DNA of 61,775 nucleotides, the filler included. It is 3 parts of 3 records of this genome, joined end to end, with 100 filler letters (N's around TTAATTAATTAA, not from the genome) between each part and the next. Parts side by side here need not be neighbours in the genome. Positions count along the whole stretch, not along the records: positions 30,659 to 51,533 come from SRR22947727_1655; positions 51,634 to 61,775 come from SRR22947727_1677; 1 more part is not named here. One strand, 5' to 3'. The translations under genes and the position numbers were made by a program. The notes beneath the pieces are model-generated. The model was given only the letters and a program-made list of their open reading frames with translations, was not told the origin of the DNA and did no database searches. Of this stretch, positions 49,312-61,775 are shown one piece after another. The number at the start of each line of letters is the position of its first letter. Position 1 is the stretch's first letter.

Positions 49312-50717
49312 TACATAATCTCCCGTACATCTGTGAGCTTGCCCGTGATCGCCGCCGCCGCCGCCATCCCCGGAGACATCAAATGCGTGCGTCCACCGCG
49401 GCCCTGGCGGCCCTCAAAGTTGCGATTTGACGTGGCCGCGCAGCGCTCGCCCGGCGCCAGCTGGTCTGGATTCATCGCCAAACACATCGAACATCCGGCA
49501 AGCCGCCATTCAAAACCAGCCTCTTTAAAGATATCTGCCAAACCTTCTTCTTCGGCTTGCGCGCGCACCAAACCTGACCCGGGAACCACCATAGCACGCA
49601 TACCGTCTTTGATTTTCTTCCCCTTTAGAATTTCGGCCGCCGCGCGCAAATCTTCAATCCGCCCATTCGTGCATGACCCGATAAACACGGTATCGATGGC
49701 GATATCGGTAAGAGGTGTGCCTGACGTCAACCCCATATAATCAAGCGAGCGGGCCGCAGCGTCAACTTTGCCGCCCTCAAAATCACTCGAGGCGGGCACG
49801 GATGCCGTGATCGGCAAAACGTCTTCGGGTGAAGTGCCCCAGGTAACGACGGGGGCGATATCTTCGCCTTTCAACGTCACGACTTTGTCAAAATGCGCGC
49901 CCTCATCCGAAAATAGCGATTTCCAATAGGCCAGTGCGGTTTCCCAACTGGCCCCTTTGGGCGCATGCGGGCGGCCCTGACAATACGCAAAGGTTTTTTC
50001 ATCCGGCGCGATCAAACCAGCGCGGGCACCACCTTCAATCGCCATATTGCACACGGTCATCCGGCCTTCCATCGACAAATCGCGAATAGCCTCACCGCAA
50101 TATTCGATCACATAGCCTGTTCCACCAGCGGTTCCGGTTGCGCCGATAACCGAGAGGGTAATGTCTTTCGCCGTCACGCCAGGGCGCAATTTCCCGGTGA
50201 TTTCTACTTTCATATTTTTTGATTTCTTCTGGATGAGCGTCTGCGTGGCCAGAACATGCTCAACCTCAGAGGTACCAATGCCATGCGCCAAAGCACCAAA
50301 AGCGCCATGGGTCGCGGTATGACTATCGCCGCACACAACGGTCATTCCGGGCAAAGTCCAGCCTTGCTCGGGCCCAACAATATGCACGATACCTTGGCGG
50401 ACATCCGAAACAGGATAATAGTGAATGCCAAAATCAGCCGCGTTTTTATCCAGCGCTTCCACTTGAATGCGGCTTTCAGGGTTGTCGATGCCTTTGGCAC
50501 GATCCAGCGTGGTGGGCACATTATGATCCGGCACGGCAATGGTTTTTTCAGGCGCGCGCACTTTGCGCCCGCTCATCCGAAGGCCTTCAAAAGCTTGCGG
50601 GCTGGTCACCTCATGCACAAGATGACGGTCAATATACAGCAAACAAGTGCCATCCTCGGCCTCATGCGCCACATGCGCATCCCAGATTTTATCGTAAAGT
50701 GTTTTCGGGGCGGTCAT
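49311..50717 (-). CDS. leuC: 3-isopropylmalate dehydratase large subunit
   Basis: [42 protein letters not shown]. Confidence 0.97.
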   Translation of the reverse strand: MTAPKTLYDKIWDAHVAHEAEDGTCLLYIDRHLVHEVTSPQAFEGLRMSGRKVRAPEKTIAVPDHNVPTTLDRAKGIDNPESRIQVEALDKNAADFGIHYYPVSDVRQGIVHIVGPEQGWTLPGMTVVCGDSHTATHGAFGALAHGIGTSEVEHVLATQTLIQKKSKNMKVEITGKLRPGVTAKDITLSVIGATGTAGGTGYVIEYCGEAIRDLSMEGRMTVCNMAIEGGARAGLIAPDEKTFAYCQGRPHAPKGASWETALAYWKSLFSDEGAHFDKVVTLKGEDIAPVVTWGTSPEDVLPITASVPASSDFEGGKVDAAARSLDYMGLTSGTPLTDIAIDTVFIGSCTNGRIEDLRAAAEILKGKKIKDGMRAMVVPGSGLVRAQAEEEGLADIFKEAGFEWRLAGCSMCLAMNPDQLAPGERCAATSNRNFEGRQGRGGRTHLMSPGMAAAAAITGKLTDVREIM

Positions 50718-50772
50718 TTTTAATCCTCTCCCGTAGGGTATGAAAAGATAGGGCGAACGTTTTTTGACGGGC

Positions 50773-50865
50773 CTAGGAAGGCACGCGGACAGATTTCATC
50801 GCCCCAAAGAACCGCCAAGGCAGACGGGCGCGATCATCCATGTCAAAAATACGAGTCATTGTCAT
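50773..50865 (-). CDS. Putative leuC leader peptide [30 protein letters not shown]
   Basis: 30-codon uORF ending 55 bp before the leuC ATG, same strand. Confidence 0.55.
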   Translation of the reverse strand: MTMTRIFDMDDRARLPWRFFGAMKSVRVPS

Positions 50866-51155
50866 AAACCGTTCATACGCCCAAATTTATGGCGCTTCAA
50901 GCCACCGGGGGACGCCAAAACCGTAATGTCAAAACCAGCGCCCTAAGATCCAAACCAGTGCCAGTGCGTCGCGTTTAAAAAGCGCGTCAAACGCGGCCAA
51001 GCCAGCAGCCGCCTGCGCAAAGCAATGATATGCTCTGCGGCTTGCCTGTTGCCAGAAAACCTCAATCCGGGCGTGCGCAAAGGTTTGATTGAGATTTCAT
51101 ATCAGCCATGTTACACTTTAAATATGCTCAGCGCCGGAGCTTTCGGCGTAACAAC

Positions 51156-51533
51156 ATGGAGGACACAGTCCTGACACTATCAGTTGATGCAGCAGGCGCT
51201 GCAGCTCAGCCCTCTTATTTAGAAGGGCATAAACCGGTCTCAAGTGAAACACTTCTTACCCGAATCCTTGACTCCCTCGCCGAAGACAAAGCCGAAGATA
51301 TTGTAGATATAGACCTGCGCGGCAAAACCGCGATCGGGGATTATATGGTGATTGCCTCGGGGCGCTCTACGCGGCAAGTCGCGGCGCTGGCAGAAAAATT
51401 GACCGACCGGTTGAAGCAAGAGTTTGGACGCCTGTCCAAAATCGAAGGCAAAAACACCGGTGATTGGATTCTCGTTGATACGGGGGATATTATTGTACAT
51501 CTCTTCCGCCCGGAAGTGCGCGAATTTTATCAG
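51156..51533 (+). CDS. rsfS: Ribosome silencing factor (3' truncated)
   Basis: EDKAEDIVDIDL, DYMVIASGRSTRQV, DWILVDTGDIIVHLF..EVREFY. Confidence 0.94.
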
Positions 51534-51633
51534 NNNNNNNNNNNNNNNNNNNNNNNNNNNNNNNNNNNNNNNNNNNNTTAATTAATTAANNNNNNNNNNN
51601 NNNNNNNNNNNNNNNNNNNNNNNNNNNNNNNNN
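51534..51633. other. Artificial contig spacer
   Basis: N44-TTAATTAATTAA-N44; abrupt switch to AT-rich DNA. Confidence 0.98.
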
Positions 51634-51706
51634 GCTGGGGCGGGAGGATTCGAACCTCCGAATACCGCTACCAAAAAGCGGTGCCTTACCACTTGGCCAC
51701 GCCCCA
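51634..51706 (-). tRNA. tRNA-Gln(TTG)
   Basis: TGGGGCGTGGCCAAGTGGTAAGGCACCGCTTTTTGGTAGCGGTATTCGGAGGTTCGAATCCTCCCGCCCCAGC; anticodon arm CCGCT-TTTTGGT-AGCGG; 3' end cut by contig edge. Confidence 0.95.
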
Positions 51707-51752
51707 ACGATAATTAATATATATTTAGTGTAACAAGGGTGAATTGCAATGA

Positions 51753-52619
51753 TTAAATAGTTCTGGTTGCAGTTGTCCACCAGTGCGGATAATTTTTAAT
51801 AAAATACTCTTTAGCTAATAAAGTGGCTTGTTTGTCCTCAAATATACCAAAATATGTAGACCCACTTCCTGACATTCTAGCAACAACTAAGTTTTTTTGT
51901 TTTTTCATTTCATTTTTTATAACATGTATATCTGGACAAAGCTCAGTAGCACTATCCTCTAATTCATTTGACGTAAAGTTCATAATCTTTTCAATATTTC
52001 TTAAAGGGGTGGAAATATCTAAATCTATTTTTTTTGAGTATGATGTATTTAAATTAAAGACTTTTGCTGTACTGAGGTTAACTTTTGGATTTACTAACAA
52101 AATATTTTGAGTTTTTTCTATATCAATTAAATTTTCAACCGAGCCTTTATTGTTAACTAATGCAGACTGATTATATAAAAAAAATTCAATATCTGATCCT
52201 AAATGTCTAGCGATACTGACAATATCAACATTATCCTTAAAAATATTAAGATCTTTTAAAACATTAATAATAGTTGCAACATTGCTTGATCCGCCTCCTA
52301 ATCCCGCTCCAATTGGAATTCTTTTTTCAATTATAATCTTATAATTAAAGTTTTTAATAAGATCTTTTTCTTTCAGCAAAGTAAATAATTTTAAAATATT
52401 ATCATCTACTATTTCCTTACTCTGCAGACCTTTATAGATAATTTCAAGCTTGCTACTTTCTGTAATTGTGATCACGTCACAGAGATCAATACGACTTAAT
52501 AGACTTGATATATTGTGATAGCCATCTTTTCGTTTATTCAATACGTGCAAAAACAGGTTTACCTTAGCGTATGATTTGAGCTCTGATATATCTAACACAG
52601 TGAATTTATAGCGCCTCAA
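51753..52619 (-). CDS. ispE: 4-diphosphocytidyl-2-C-methyl-D-erythritol kinase
   Basis: AKVNLFL, DGYH, KRIPIGAGLGGGSSN, LGSD, MSGSGST; exact start uncertain. Confidence 0.94.
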   Translation of the reverse strand: MRRYKFTVLDISELKSYAKVNLFLHVLNKRKDGYHNISSLLSRIDLCDVITITESSKLEIIYKGLQSKEIVDDNILKLFTLLKEKDLIKNFNYKIIIEKRIPIGAGLGGGSSNVATIINVLKDLNIFKDNVDIVSIARHLGSDIEFFLYNQSALVNNKGSVENLIDIEKTQNILLVNPKVNLSTAKVFNLNTSYSKKIDLDISTPLRNIEKIMNFTSNELEDSATELCPDIHVIKNEMKKQKNLVVARMSGSGSTYFGIFEDKQATLLAKEYFIKNYPHWWTTATRTI

Positions 52620-54277
52620 TATCCCTTTAGCAATTTAACTTTAATACTGTTGGCAAGTCCAATTTCTGGCTCAAGATCTAATGCTCTATTCCATTGATAT
52701 CTTGCTTCAATATATTTTCCAACTTTCCACAATGTATCTCCATAATGCTCATTAATTACAGGATCTGTTGGTGCAAGGTAAGCAGCGTAGCTTAATAGAG
52801 AATTAGCTTGCTCATAGTCATTCACTTTAAAATAGTACCATGCTAAGCTATCAATAAAGTAAGCATCATCAGGTTTTTGCTCTAGAGCAAGCTCAATCAT
52901 ACTCTTTGCTTCATCCATATTTCTATTACTATCAATCCAAGAATATCCTAGATAATTCAACACATCAGGTTGATTATCACTTAACAGAAGGGCTTGTACA
53001 AAATCTTTTTCAGCTAATTCCCACTGCTTATTTCTTTCATAAGAAATTCCTCGCCTATAATAAGTGTTCCAGATATTTGGATCTAAAGTATATTTATCAT
53101 CCTCGATAATCTGACTATATATATTTTGAGCTTTTTTCCATTCAGACTTATAACGATGATGATCACCAAGTGTCATTTTAACTTTAAAGTTATTTCTTTT
53201 TATTAAATAATTTTCTAAGATCTTTATCGCATCATCTTCTTTATTCTGAAGACTCAGTAAATTGGCAAGTTGAATTACTGCCATAGAACTAAGATAATGA
53301 TTATTTGGAATTGATTTATACAAAAGTATTGCTTTATCTGATTGTCGTAAGCTTTGCAGTAAGGTTGCAGATAAAAAATCTACTTCAAAAAGATTTGGGA
53401 AACTGTAATTTGCGATATTTAAAATACTAATCGAAAGATCTATATCATCAAAACCAAGAAATTGTGAAGCCTCATACAGTACTAGTCCAACACCATTTAT
53501 TTGATTTTCAATAAGTCTAGTGTCTAATAAAATATCATTATTAATCGATATTTGATAACTGGTATCTGAATAAAGTTTTTTTAAAAACTCTTCTTTTTTC
53601 TGTATTTTATTATTTCTATGTAAAAAATTTAAATAATAATTTATTAAGTTAATTTCTTTATTATGATTTAATGCTTGCTCATAAAATATTTCTGCAAGCT
53701 CAATCTCATTAACTAAATCGTAGATTAAAGCCTTATGCATAATTATTTCATTCGAATAATTATCTGAATTAATTTTATCTAAAGCTTCTATACTTTTTTT
53801 ATAGGTATAATAATTTGCTAATGACCAGGCCTTTAGAAGTGCTCCATACAGATTGTTATCTTTAATATTTTTGATATCAGAAAAAGCTTTGACAGCTTTA
53901 TTGTTTCTATTTTTTTTGAGATAGGAAACCCCATTAATTAATGGTCCAATCGATTGAAGTATGCTGTTACATTCAATATTATTATCATTACAGCCTAAAT
54001 TTTTCAACTTTATGTAATATTTATTGGCTGCTTCAATATTGTTGTTTAATAAATTATTTTTAATGATTTTAATATGTAAGCTTACATTGCTTTTATCCTT
54101 CTTAAGTAAGTTTAGATAATGTTCATTAGCAGCTTCATAATCATTTGCCTGAGAGGAAATTTGTGCAATTAAATAATCACTTACTTTTGGTAAATTGTTT
54201 TTTTTAGAAGCAATTGCATTTCCATGAAAAATAAGTATCGAAAAAAATATGAGTATAAATAATTTGATTTGAAGCAT
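52616..54277 (-). CDS. Exported TPR repeat protein
   Basis: Signal peptide; C-terminal VLNYLGYSW, DSLAW, EHYGDTLW, EARYQW typical of the alphaproteobacterial ETF-QO/TPR/ispE locus. Confidence 0.85.
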   Translation of the reverse strand: MLQIKLFILIFFSILIFHGNAIASKKNNLPKVSDYLIAQISSQANDYEAANEHYLNLLKKDKSNVSLHIKIIKNNLLNNNIEAANKYYIKLKNLGCNDNNIECNSILQSIGPLINGVSYLKKNRNNKAVKAFSDIKNIKDNNLYGALLKAWSLANYYTYKKSIEALDKINSDNYSNEIIMHKALIYDLVNEIELAEIFYEQALNHNKEINLINYYLNFLHRNNKIQKKEEFLKKLYSDTSYQISINNDILLDTRLIENQINGVGLVLYEASQFLGFDDIDLSISILNIANYSFPNLFEVDFLSATLLQSLRQSDKAILLYKSIPNNHYLSSMAVIQLANLLSLQNKEDDAIKILENYLIKRNNFKVKMTLGDHHRYKSEWKKAQNIYSQIIEDDKYTLDPNIWNTYYRRGISYERNKQWELAEKDFVQALLLSDNQPDVLNYLGYSWIDSNRNMDEAKSMIELALEQKPDDAYFIDSLAWYYFKVNDYEQANSLLSYAAYLAPTDPVINEHYGDTLWKVGKYIEARYQWNRALDLEPEIGLANSIKVKLLKGY

Positions 54278-54282
54278 ATTAT

Positions 54283-55926
54283 TTACATATTTGAATATTT
54301 TGGGCCACCACCACCCTCTGGTGTTACCCAATTAATATTCTGGGATGGTTCTTTAATATCACAAGTTTTACAATGTATGCAATTCTGACTATTGATAATA
54401 AACTTTTTTTCAGAAGTAGCCTCATCTTCTCTTACTTCATAAACCCCAACTGGACAGTATCTCTGTGCTGGTTCAGCAAATTTACCTAATGTATAATTTA
54501 TAGGTAAGTCAGGATCCTTTAATTTAAGGTGAACTGGTTGATTTTCGACATGATAAGTGCCAGATAGATACACAGAACTAAGCCTATCGAAAGTTAAAAT
54601 ACCATCAGGTTTTGGATAATCAATTTTTTTCACTTCATCTGCTGGTTTTAAGCACTCATGATCTTTGTGTTTATGTTTTAATGTAAAGGGAAGTCTACCT
54701 CTAAAAAATAATTGGTCGATTCCAGTTAAAATTATTCCAAGCAACAAACCTAAGCTCATAAAAGGTTTTACATTTCTAGCAGTATAAAGTTCTTTATAAG
54801 CCCAACTCTTTTTAAAATTAGTTTCGTATGAAGATAAGTCTTCTAATTCATTGGTAAATTTTTCATGAATAGTCTCTGCAGCAATTATTCCACTTTTTAA
54901 TGCAGTATGAGAACCCTTAATTTTTGGCATATTCAGTGTGCCTGCATCGCAACCAATAAGCAGGCCATTTGGCATATACATCCTTGGTAGACTCTGCAAC
55001 CCACCTTCTATTAATGCTCTTGCGCCGTATGATATTCTCTTACCACCGCTTAATATCTTAGATATAGCGGGATGAGTTTTAAACCTTTGAAATTCCTCAA
55101 ATGGTGAAAGATATGGATTTTTGTAGTCTAAACCAACTACATATCCAACAAATATTTGCTTATTCTCTGCATGATAAATAAAGCTTCCACCATAAGTATC
55201 ATTTTCTAACGGCCATCCTGCTGTATGCATGACCATTCCCTCTTTATGGTTTTCTTCTGTGACTTCCCAGATTTCTTTAAGTCCAATTCCATATTGTTGC
55301 GGATCACTATTCTCAGCCAAATTGTATTTTTCTATCAAAGATTTACCAAGATGGCCTCTGCATCCTTCAGCAAAAACAGTAACTGCTGCATGAAGTTCAA
55401 TTCCAGGCTCATAAGAGTCTTTTTTTTCATTATTTACATCTACACCCATGTCATTGGTTGCTACACCTTTAATAGAGTCATCATCATTAAATAAAACTTC
55501 AGAAGCGGCAAAACCTGGATAAATTTCCACACCTAAATTTTCTGCAACCTGTCCTAGCCATCGGCATAAATTCGCAAGACTAATTATATAGTTGCCTTTG
55601 TTATGCTGCACAGGAGGTAAAAATATTGTAGGGAAACTAAAATAACTTTTCTTTGAAAGAAATAAAAACTTTTCTGAATTTACTTGCGTCTTTACAGGAC
55701 AACCATCCATATTTTTCCAATCAGGAAGAAGTTCGTCTAAAGCTTTAGTTTCAAATACATTACCACTAAGTATATGGGCTCCAACTTCAGAAGCTTTCTC
55801 TACTACGCAGACATTTATGTCAGCATTTAACTGCTTTAGTTTGATGGCTGTAGCTAGTCCAGCAGGACCTGCCCCTACGACTACTACGTCATATTCCATC
55901 GACTCGCGTTGATTTTCTGTATCCAT
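54283..55926 (-). CDS. Electron transfer flavoprotein-ubiquinone oxidoreductase
   Basis: GAGPAG FAD motif, HILSG, KIKGSH, YCPVGVYE and NCIHCKTCDIKEP 4Fe-4S motifs. Confidence 0.96.
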   Translation of the reverse strand: MDTENQRESMEYDVVVVGAGPAGLATAIKLKQLNADINVCVVEKASEVGAHILSGNVFETKALDELLPDWKNMDGCPVKTQVNSEKFLFLSKKSYFSFPTIFLPPVQHNKGNYIISLANLCRWLGQVAENLGVEIYPGFAASEVLFNDDDSIKGVATNDMGVDVNNEKKDSYEPGIELHAAVTVFAEGCRGHLGKSLIEKYNLAENSDPQQYGIGLKEIWEVTEENHKEGMVMHTAGWPLENDTYGGSFIYHAENKQIFVGYVVGLDYKNPYLSPFEEFQRFKTHPAISKILSGGKRISYGARALIEGGLQSLPRMYMPNGLLIGCDAGTLNMPKIKGSHTALKSGIIAAETIHEKFTNELEDLSSYETNFKKSWAYKELYTARNVKPFMSLGLLLGIILTGIDQLFFRGRLPFTLKHKHKDHECLKPADEVKKIDYPKPDGILTFDRLSSVYLSGTYHVENQPVHLKLKDPDLPINYTLGKFAEPAQRYCPVGVYEVREDEATSEKKFIINSQNCIHCKTCDIKEPSQNINWVTPEGGGGPKYSNM

Positions 55927-55999
55927 ATAAATTATCTAATAGTATTATTTAAATTACTGATACAATAATTCAATCATATGATTCAATTTCTTTGAAATA

Positions 56000-56752
56000 A
56001 TGGGTAAAAAACTAATAAAATCTAGCATTCAAACTTTAAGAACTCTTAAAGAAAGTGGTGTGACTGATAATCTAACAAAATTTCCAGTCAATAGATTTGA
56101 AATTAAAGAATCAAAAAGACGTGCTAATACCCCTAAGAGCCTCGATAATATTGAAGTAATGAATGTAAAGACTGAAAAACAATTATCAAAAATCACTACT
56201 ATCGAGGAGTTAAAAACTTATATAAAAAATTTTAAAGGATGCCCTTTGTATAAAGAAGCCACAAATGCAGTTTTTTCAGATGGAAATCAAAATTCAAAAA
56301 TCATGCTAATTGGAGAAGCTCCAGGCCATGATGAGGATATAGAAGGTAAACCATTTGTAGGAAGAAGTGGAAAATTATTAGATAAAATGTTAAATGCAAT
56401 TAATCTTGATAGAGATAAAGTTTATATTGCCAATATTATTCCTTGGCGACCACCAGCCAATCGCAAACCAACCGAAGAAGAAATTAATATATGTCTACCA
56501 TTAATTCATAAGCATATTGAACTTATAAATCCAAAAGTTTTATTGCTTTTAGGTAGCACTTCTACTTACGCGTTACTTAAAGACAAAACACCAATAACTA
56601 AAATAAGAGGTAAATGGTTTTCATTAAATATAAATGGTAAAGATATTCAGGCCATGCCTACATTTCACCCAGCTTTTTTGTTGAGACAGCAAAAGCAAAA
56701 AAAGTATGTTTGGGAAGATCTTCAAAATGTAAGAGATAGTATAAACAGTTAA
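56000..56752 (+). CDS. Family 4 uracil-DNA glycosylase
   Basis: GEAPG..ED..G.PFVG.SG.LL, RPP.NR.P, FHPAFLLR. Confidence 0.92.
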   Translation: MGKKLIKSSIQTLRTLKESGVTDNLTKFPVNRFEIKESKRRANTPKSLDNIEVMNVKTEKQLSKITTIEELKTYIKNFKGCPLYKEATNAVFSDGNQNSKIMLIGEAPGHDEDIEGKPFVGRSGKLLDKMLNAINLDRDKVYIANIIPWRPPANRKPTEEEINICLPLIHKHIELINPKVLLLLGSTSTYALLKDKTPITKIRGKWFSLNINGKDIQAMPTFHPAFLLRQQKQKKYVWEDLQNVRDSINS

Positions 56753-56753
56753 A

Positions 56754-57347
56754 TTGGAACCAAGTTACAAATTTGATCAAGATTATGAAACTCCTATTAT
56801 AGGAGTTGATGAAGTAGGCAGAGGCCCTCTAGCAGGACCAGTTATATCAGCAGCTATTATCTTAAATAAAGAAAAGATTCCTGAAGGAATTAATGACTCA
56901 AAAAAACTGTCGAAGAAAAAGAGAGAGGTTATTAATGAAGAATTAATTTCTCAACATAGCTTTGCAATTGGTATAACTTCAGTTGAGGAGATAGATAAAA
57001 TAAATATTTTACAAGCTAGCTTACTAGCAATGAAAAGGGCGGTTTTAAATTTAAATATTAAGCCACAAACAATATTAGTTGATGGAAATAAATTGCCTGA
57101 TTTGGAATATAATATGTATCCAATAATAAAAGGAGATAGTAAATCTATATCAATTGCAGCAGCATCAATTATTGCTAAGGTTTATCGAGATAAATTGATG
57201 CAAGATCTTTCTCTTCAATACCCTGGTTATTATTGGGAAAAAAATTCAGGATATGGAACAAAACAGCACCTTTTAGCATTGAATAATTTAGGGGTAACCC
57301 CTATACATCGGAAAAGTTTTGCTCCTATATACAACATGTTGAATTAA
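56754..57347 (+). CDS. rnhB: Ribonuclease HII
   Basis: GVDEVGRGPLAGPV, DSKKL, VDGN, KGD...SIAAASIIAKV, HRKSF; TTG start. Confidence 0.96.
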   Translation: MEPSYKFDQDYETPIIGVDEVGRGPLAGPVISAAIILNKEKIPEGINDSKKLSKKKREVINEELISQHSFAIGITSVEEIDKINILQASLLAMKRAVLNLNIKPQTILVDGNKLPDLEYNMYPIIKGDSKSISIAAASIIAKVYRDKLMQDLSLQYPGYYWEKNSGYGTKQHLLALNNLGVTPIHRKSFAPIYNMLN

Positions 57348-57366
57348 GAAAATCTTCTAACTTATT

Positions 57367-59599
<2,233 letters not shown>

Positions 59600-59601
<2 letters not shown>

Positions 59602-60076
59602 GGTTTATAAAAAAAGACATTACGGATTAAATGCATTATCCAAGTTTCTTCCTGAAGAAGCAAAAAAAAATTTGAAAAAAAGAGGTTTTTTTGAACTTGA
59701 GCTCTTAAAGTCTTGGAGAGAGATTATTGGAGAAGATTACTATAAACTTACAAAACCCAATAAAATAAAAAAATCTCAAGTAAGTTTAAGGGATACTTCT
59801 ACATTACAATTAAAAGTAGACCCCACAATTGCTTTTGCAATTGAACATGATCAAACCAAAATAATATCTAAAATTAACGGATTTTTTGGATATAAAGCAA
59901 TTAATAAATTAGAAATTTTACAAGAGCGAATAGACATTGATGCTCTTAGATCAAATAATAACAATAAGTTAAATGAAGAAGTTAATATTGACTCTAATAG
60001 ATTTGATAAACTTTCTGACTATCCAGGTTTACAAACAAGTTTTCAAAAAATATTAAATAAAGTTAAGAAGAGCTAA
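59600..60076 (+). CDS. DUF721/DciA-like protein
   Basis: KRGF..LELLKSWREIIG, EH....II.KINGFFGYKAI..L.I.Q; conserved position between mutY and dsbA. Confidence 0.82.
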
Positions 60077-60213
60077 ATTTCTGACACAATTTTATGATTA
60101 ATATTTATCCAAGAGGATTGAGATTCTCCTGTATAATTATGTAAGAATTGAGTATATTCAATATATTGTACGTTAAATATCATTTATAGCACTAAATATT
60201 GATAATAGACCAA

Positions 60214-60846
60214 ATGAGCCACATTATAAAAATAGTAATTTTTTTCTCTCTTTTAGCTTCATCAAATGTATTGGCTAAAAATAGTTGGAACTTTGGTAAT
60301 GACAATAGTCTCATTGAACCAATAATTATTGGTAACCCAGATGCTGAAGTAAACATAATAGAATATAGGTCATTAACGTGTAGTCATTGTGCAGAGTTTG
60401 CAAGTAATGGTTTTGAACATTTAAAAGAAAAATATATTGATACTGGTTTAATTAGTTTTGAACTAAGACCATTCCCATTAAATGCATTAGATTTAAATGC
60501 CTTTAAATTACTTTATTGTGCATCTAAAGAAAATTTTTATAAATTAGATAAAGTATTATTAAAAAATCAATCAAAATGGATTAATACAAGTAACCAAGAA
60601 AAAGTTTTAGAAAATAGTACCGCTGCACTCACAAAACAAGCTGCCCTATTTGGCGTATCAAGTGATGACTATCAAGAATGTTTAGATAATGAAGAAATAA
60701 CTAACTTCATATTAAAATCTAGAATAGATGCAGTCAAAGAGTATGAAGTTAATTCAACACCCTCTTTTATAATTAATGGGGACTTGTATGCGGGCAGTCT
60801 TTCAGCCCAGAAAATAGATGAAATACTAGAAGGATATATCAACTAG
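60214..60846 (+). CDS. DsbA-family thioredoxin-fold protein
   Basis: Signal peptide, GNPDA.V.IIEY.SLTCSHCA, VNSTPSFIING. Confidence 0.9.
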   Translation: MSHIIKIVIFFSLLASSNVLAKNSWNFGNDNSLIEPIIIGNPDAEVNIIEYRSLTCSHCAEFASNGFEHLKEKYIDTGLISFELRPFPLNALDLNAFKLLYCASKENFYKLDKVLLKNQSKWINTSNQEKVLENSTAALTKQAALFGVSSDDYQECLDNEEITNFILKSRIDAVKEYEVNSTPSFIINGDLYAGSLSAQKIDEILEGYIN

Positions 60847-60848
60847 TT

Positions 60849-61775
60849 ATGAAATTTAAAAAAATAAAAGTTACTGGCTTTAAGTCTTTTGTTGATCCAA
60901 CAGAAATTATTATTGAAGAAGGTCTTACAGGAATTGTTGGTCCCAATGGTTGTGGTAAATCAAATGTAGTTGAGTCTTTAAGATGGTGTATGGGTGAAAC
61001 TTCTCCTAAAAGCATGAGAGGTTCAGGGATGGAGGATGTAATTTTTTCTGGCACTTCTGATAGACCGGCAAGAAATAATGCTGAAGTGACAATATCTCTA
61101 GACAATAAATCTAGAACTGCGCCTTCTGAGTTTAATGAAGAAGAAGAAATTCAAATTAAAAGAAAGATTGAAAAAGATCGAGGATCAGAATATCGAATTA
61201 ATGGCAAAGAAGTTAGAGCCCGAGATGTTCAAAGATTATTTGCTGATTTATCAACTGGTGCACACTCCCCTTCACTTATTAGTCAAGGTAGAGTTGGTGC
61301 ACTAATAAATGCAAAACCAATTGATCGAAGAGCTGTATTAGAAGAAGCTGCAGGCATTTCTGGTCTTCATTCGAGAAGACATGAGGCTGAGTTAAAACTT
61401 AAGGCTGCAGAAACAAATTTACAAAGATTAAAAGATATTATGCGACAACTTACATCACAAATATCCAATTTAAAAAAACAAGCTCAGCAAGCAGAAACAT
61501 ATAAAACGATATCTTCTGAAATTAATCGTCTTGAAGGCGTAGTGATGTATCTTAAGTGGTACAATCTAAAAGAATCTTTTGAAAAATCTAATGAAAACTT
61601 ACAATCAAGTGAGTCTCAGATTCAAAAATATACATTAGAGGTAACGCAAGCTACAACTAACCAGGCTAAAGCAAATGAAAAGATTAAACCTTTACGAGAA
61701 AAGGAAATTGAGGCTGCAGCAAAGCTCAATAGAATCAATCTTGAAAGGGAATCCTTGGATCATGAGGAAGAAAGA
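60849..61775 (+). CDS. smc: Chromosome segregation protein SMC (runs off window)
   Basis: Translated by hand, absent from ORF track: MKFKKIKVTGFKSFVD...GIVGPNGCGKSN...SMRGSGMEDVIFSG; then coiled coil. Confidence 0.95.
   Translation, partial: MKFKKIKVTGFKSFVDPTEIIIEEGLTGIVGPNGCGKSNVVESLRWCMGETSPKSMRGSGMEDVIFSGTSDRPARNNAEVTISLDNKSRTAPSEFNEEEEIQIKRKIEKDRGSEYRINGKEVRARDVQRLFADLSTGAHSPSLISQGRVGALINAKPIDRRAVLEEAAGISGLHSRRHEAELKLKAAETNLQRLKDIMRQLTSQISNLKKQAQQAETYKTISSEINRLEGVVMYLKWYNLKESFEKSNENLQSSESQIQKYTLEVTQATTNQAKANEKIKPLREKEIEAAAKLNRINLERESLDHEEER

Overview
This window is not one genome. It is three unrelated contigs joined by artificial 100-bp spacers (N44-TTAATTAATTAA-N44 at 30559-30658 and 51534-51633). 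Contig 1 (1-30558) looks like a PVC-superphylum bacterium, probably Verrucomicrobiota (inferred from gene content). It carries ispD, YqeY, an 8-haem TPR lipoprotein, a secreted 2153-aa orphan, a DUF1552/DUF1592 pair, an esterase, a sulfatase, Hsp20-lon, a PQQ-type propeller, an R2K-like ATP-grasp, a Tat isomerase, an M24 peptidase and pyc. It also has four copies of an unannotated 47-bp palindromic intergenic element. Contig 2 (30659-51533) is Rhodobacteraceae/Roseobacter-type housekeeping DNA (gyrB, ltaE, ribF, ppaC, yaaA, recQ, arfB, mepA, pncAB, leuCDB, rsfS). It hides two elements missed by the ORF track. One is a ~185-nt unit upstream of arfB with a 15-nt anti-16S Shine-Dalgarno, an 18-aa sORF, a distal anti-SD and a terminator. 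The other is a 30-aa uORF before leuC. Contig 3 (51634-61775) is an AT-rich, tightly packed alphaproteobacterium (tRNA-Gln, ispE, TPR, ETF-QO, UDG, rnhB, ccrM, mutY, DUF721, DsbA, smc). No transposase, integrase or CRISPR array was seen. All family calls are from motif recognition by eye; no searches were run.
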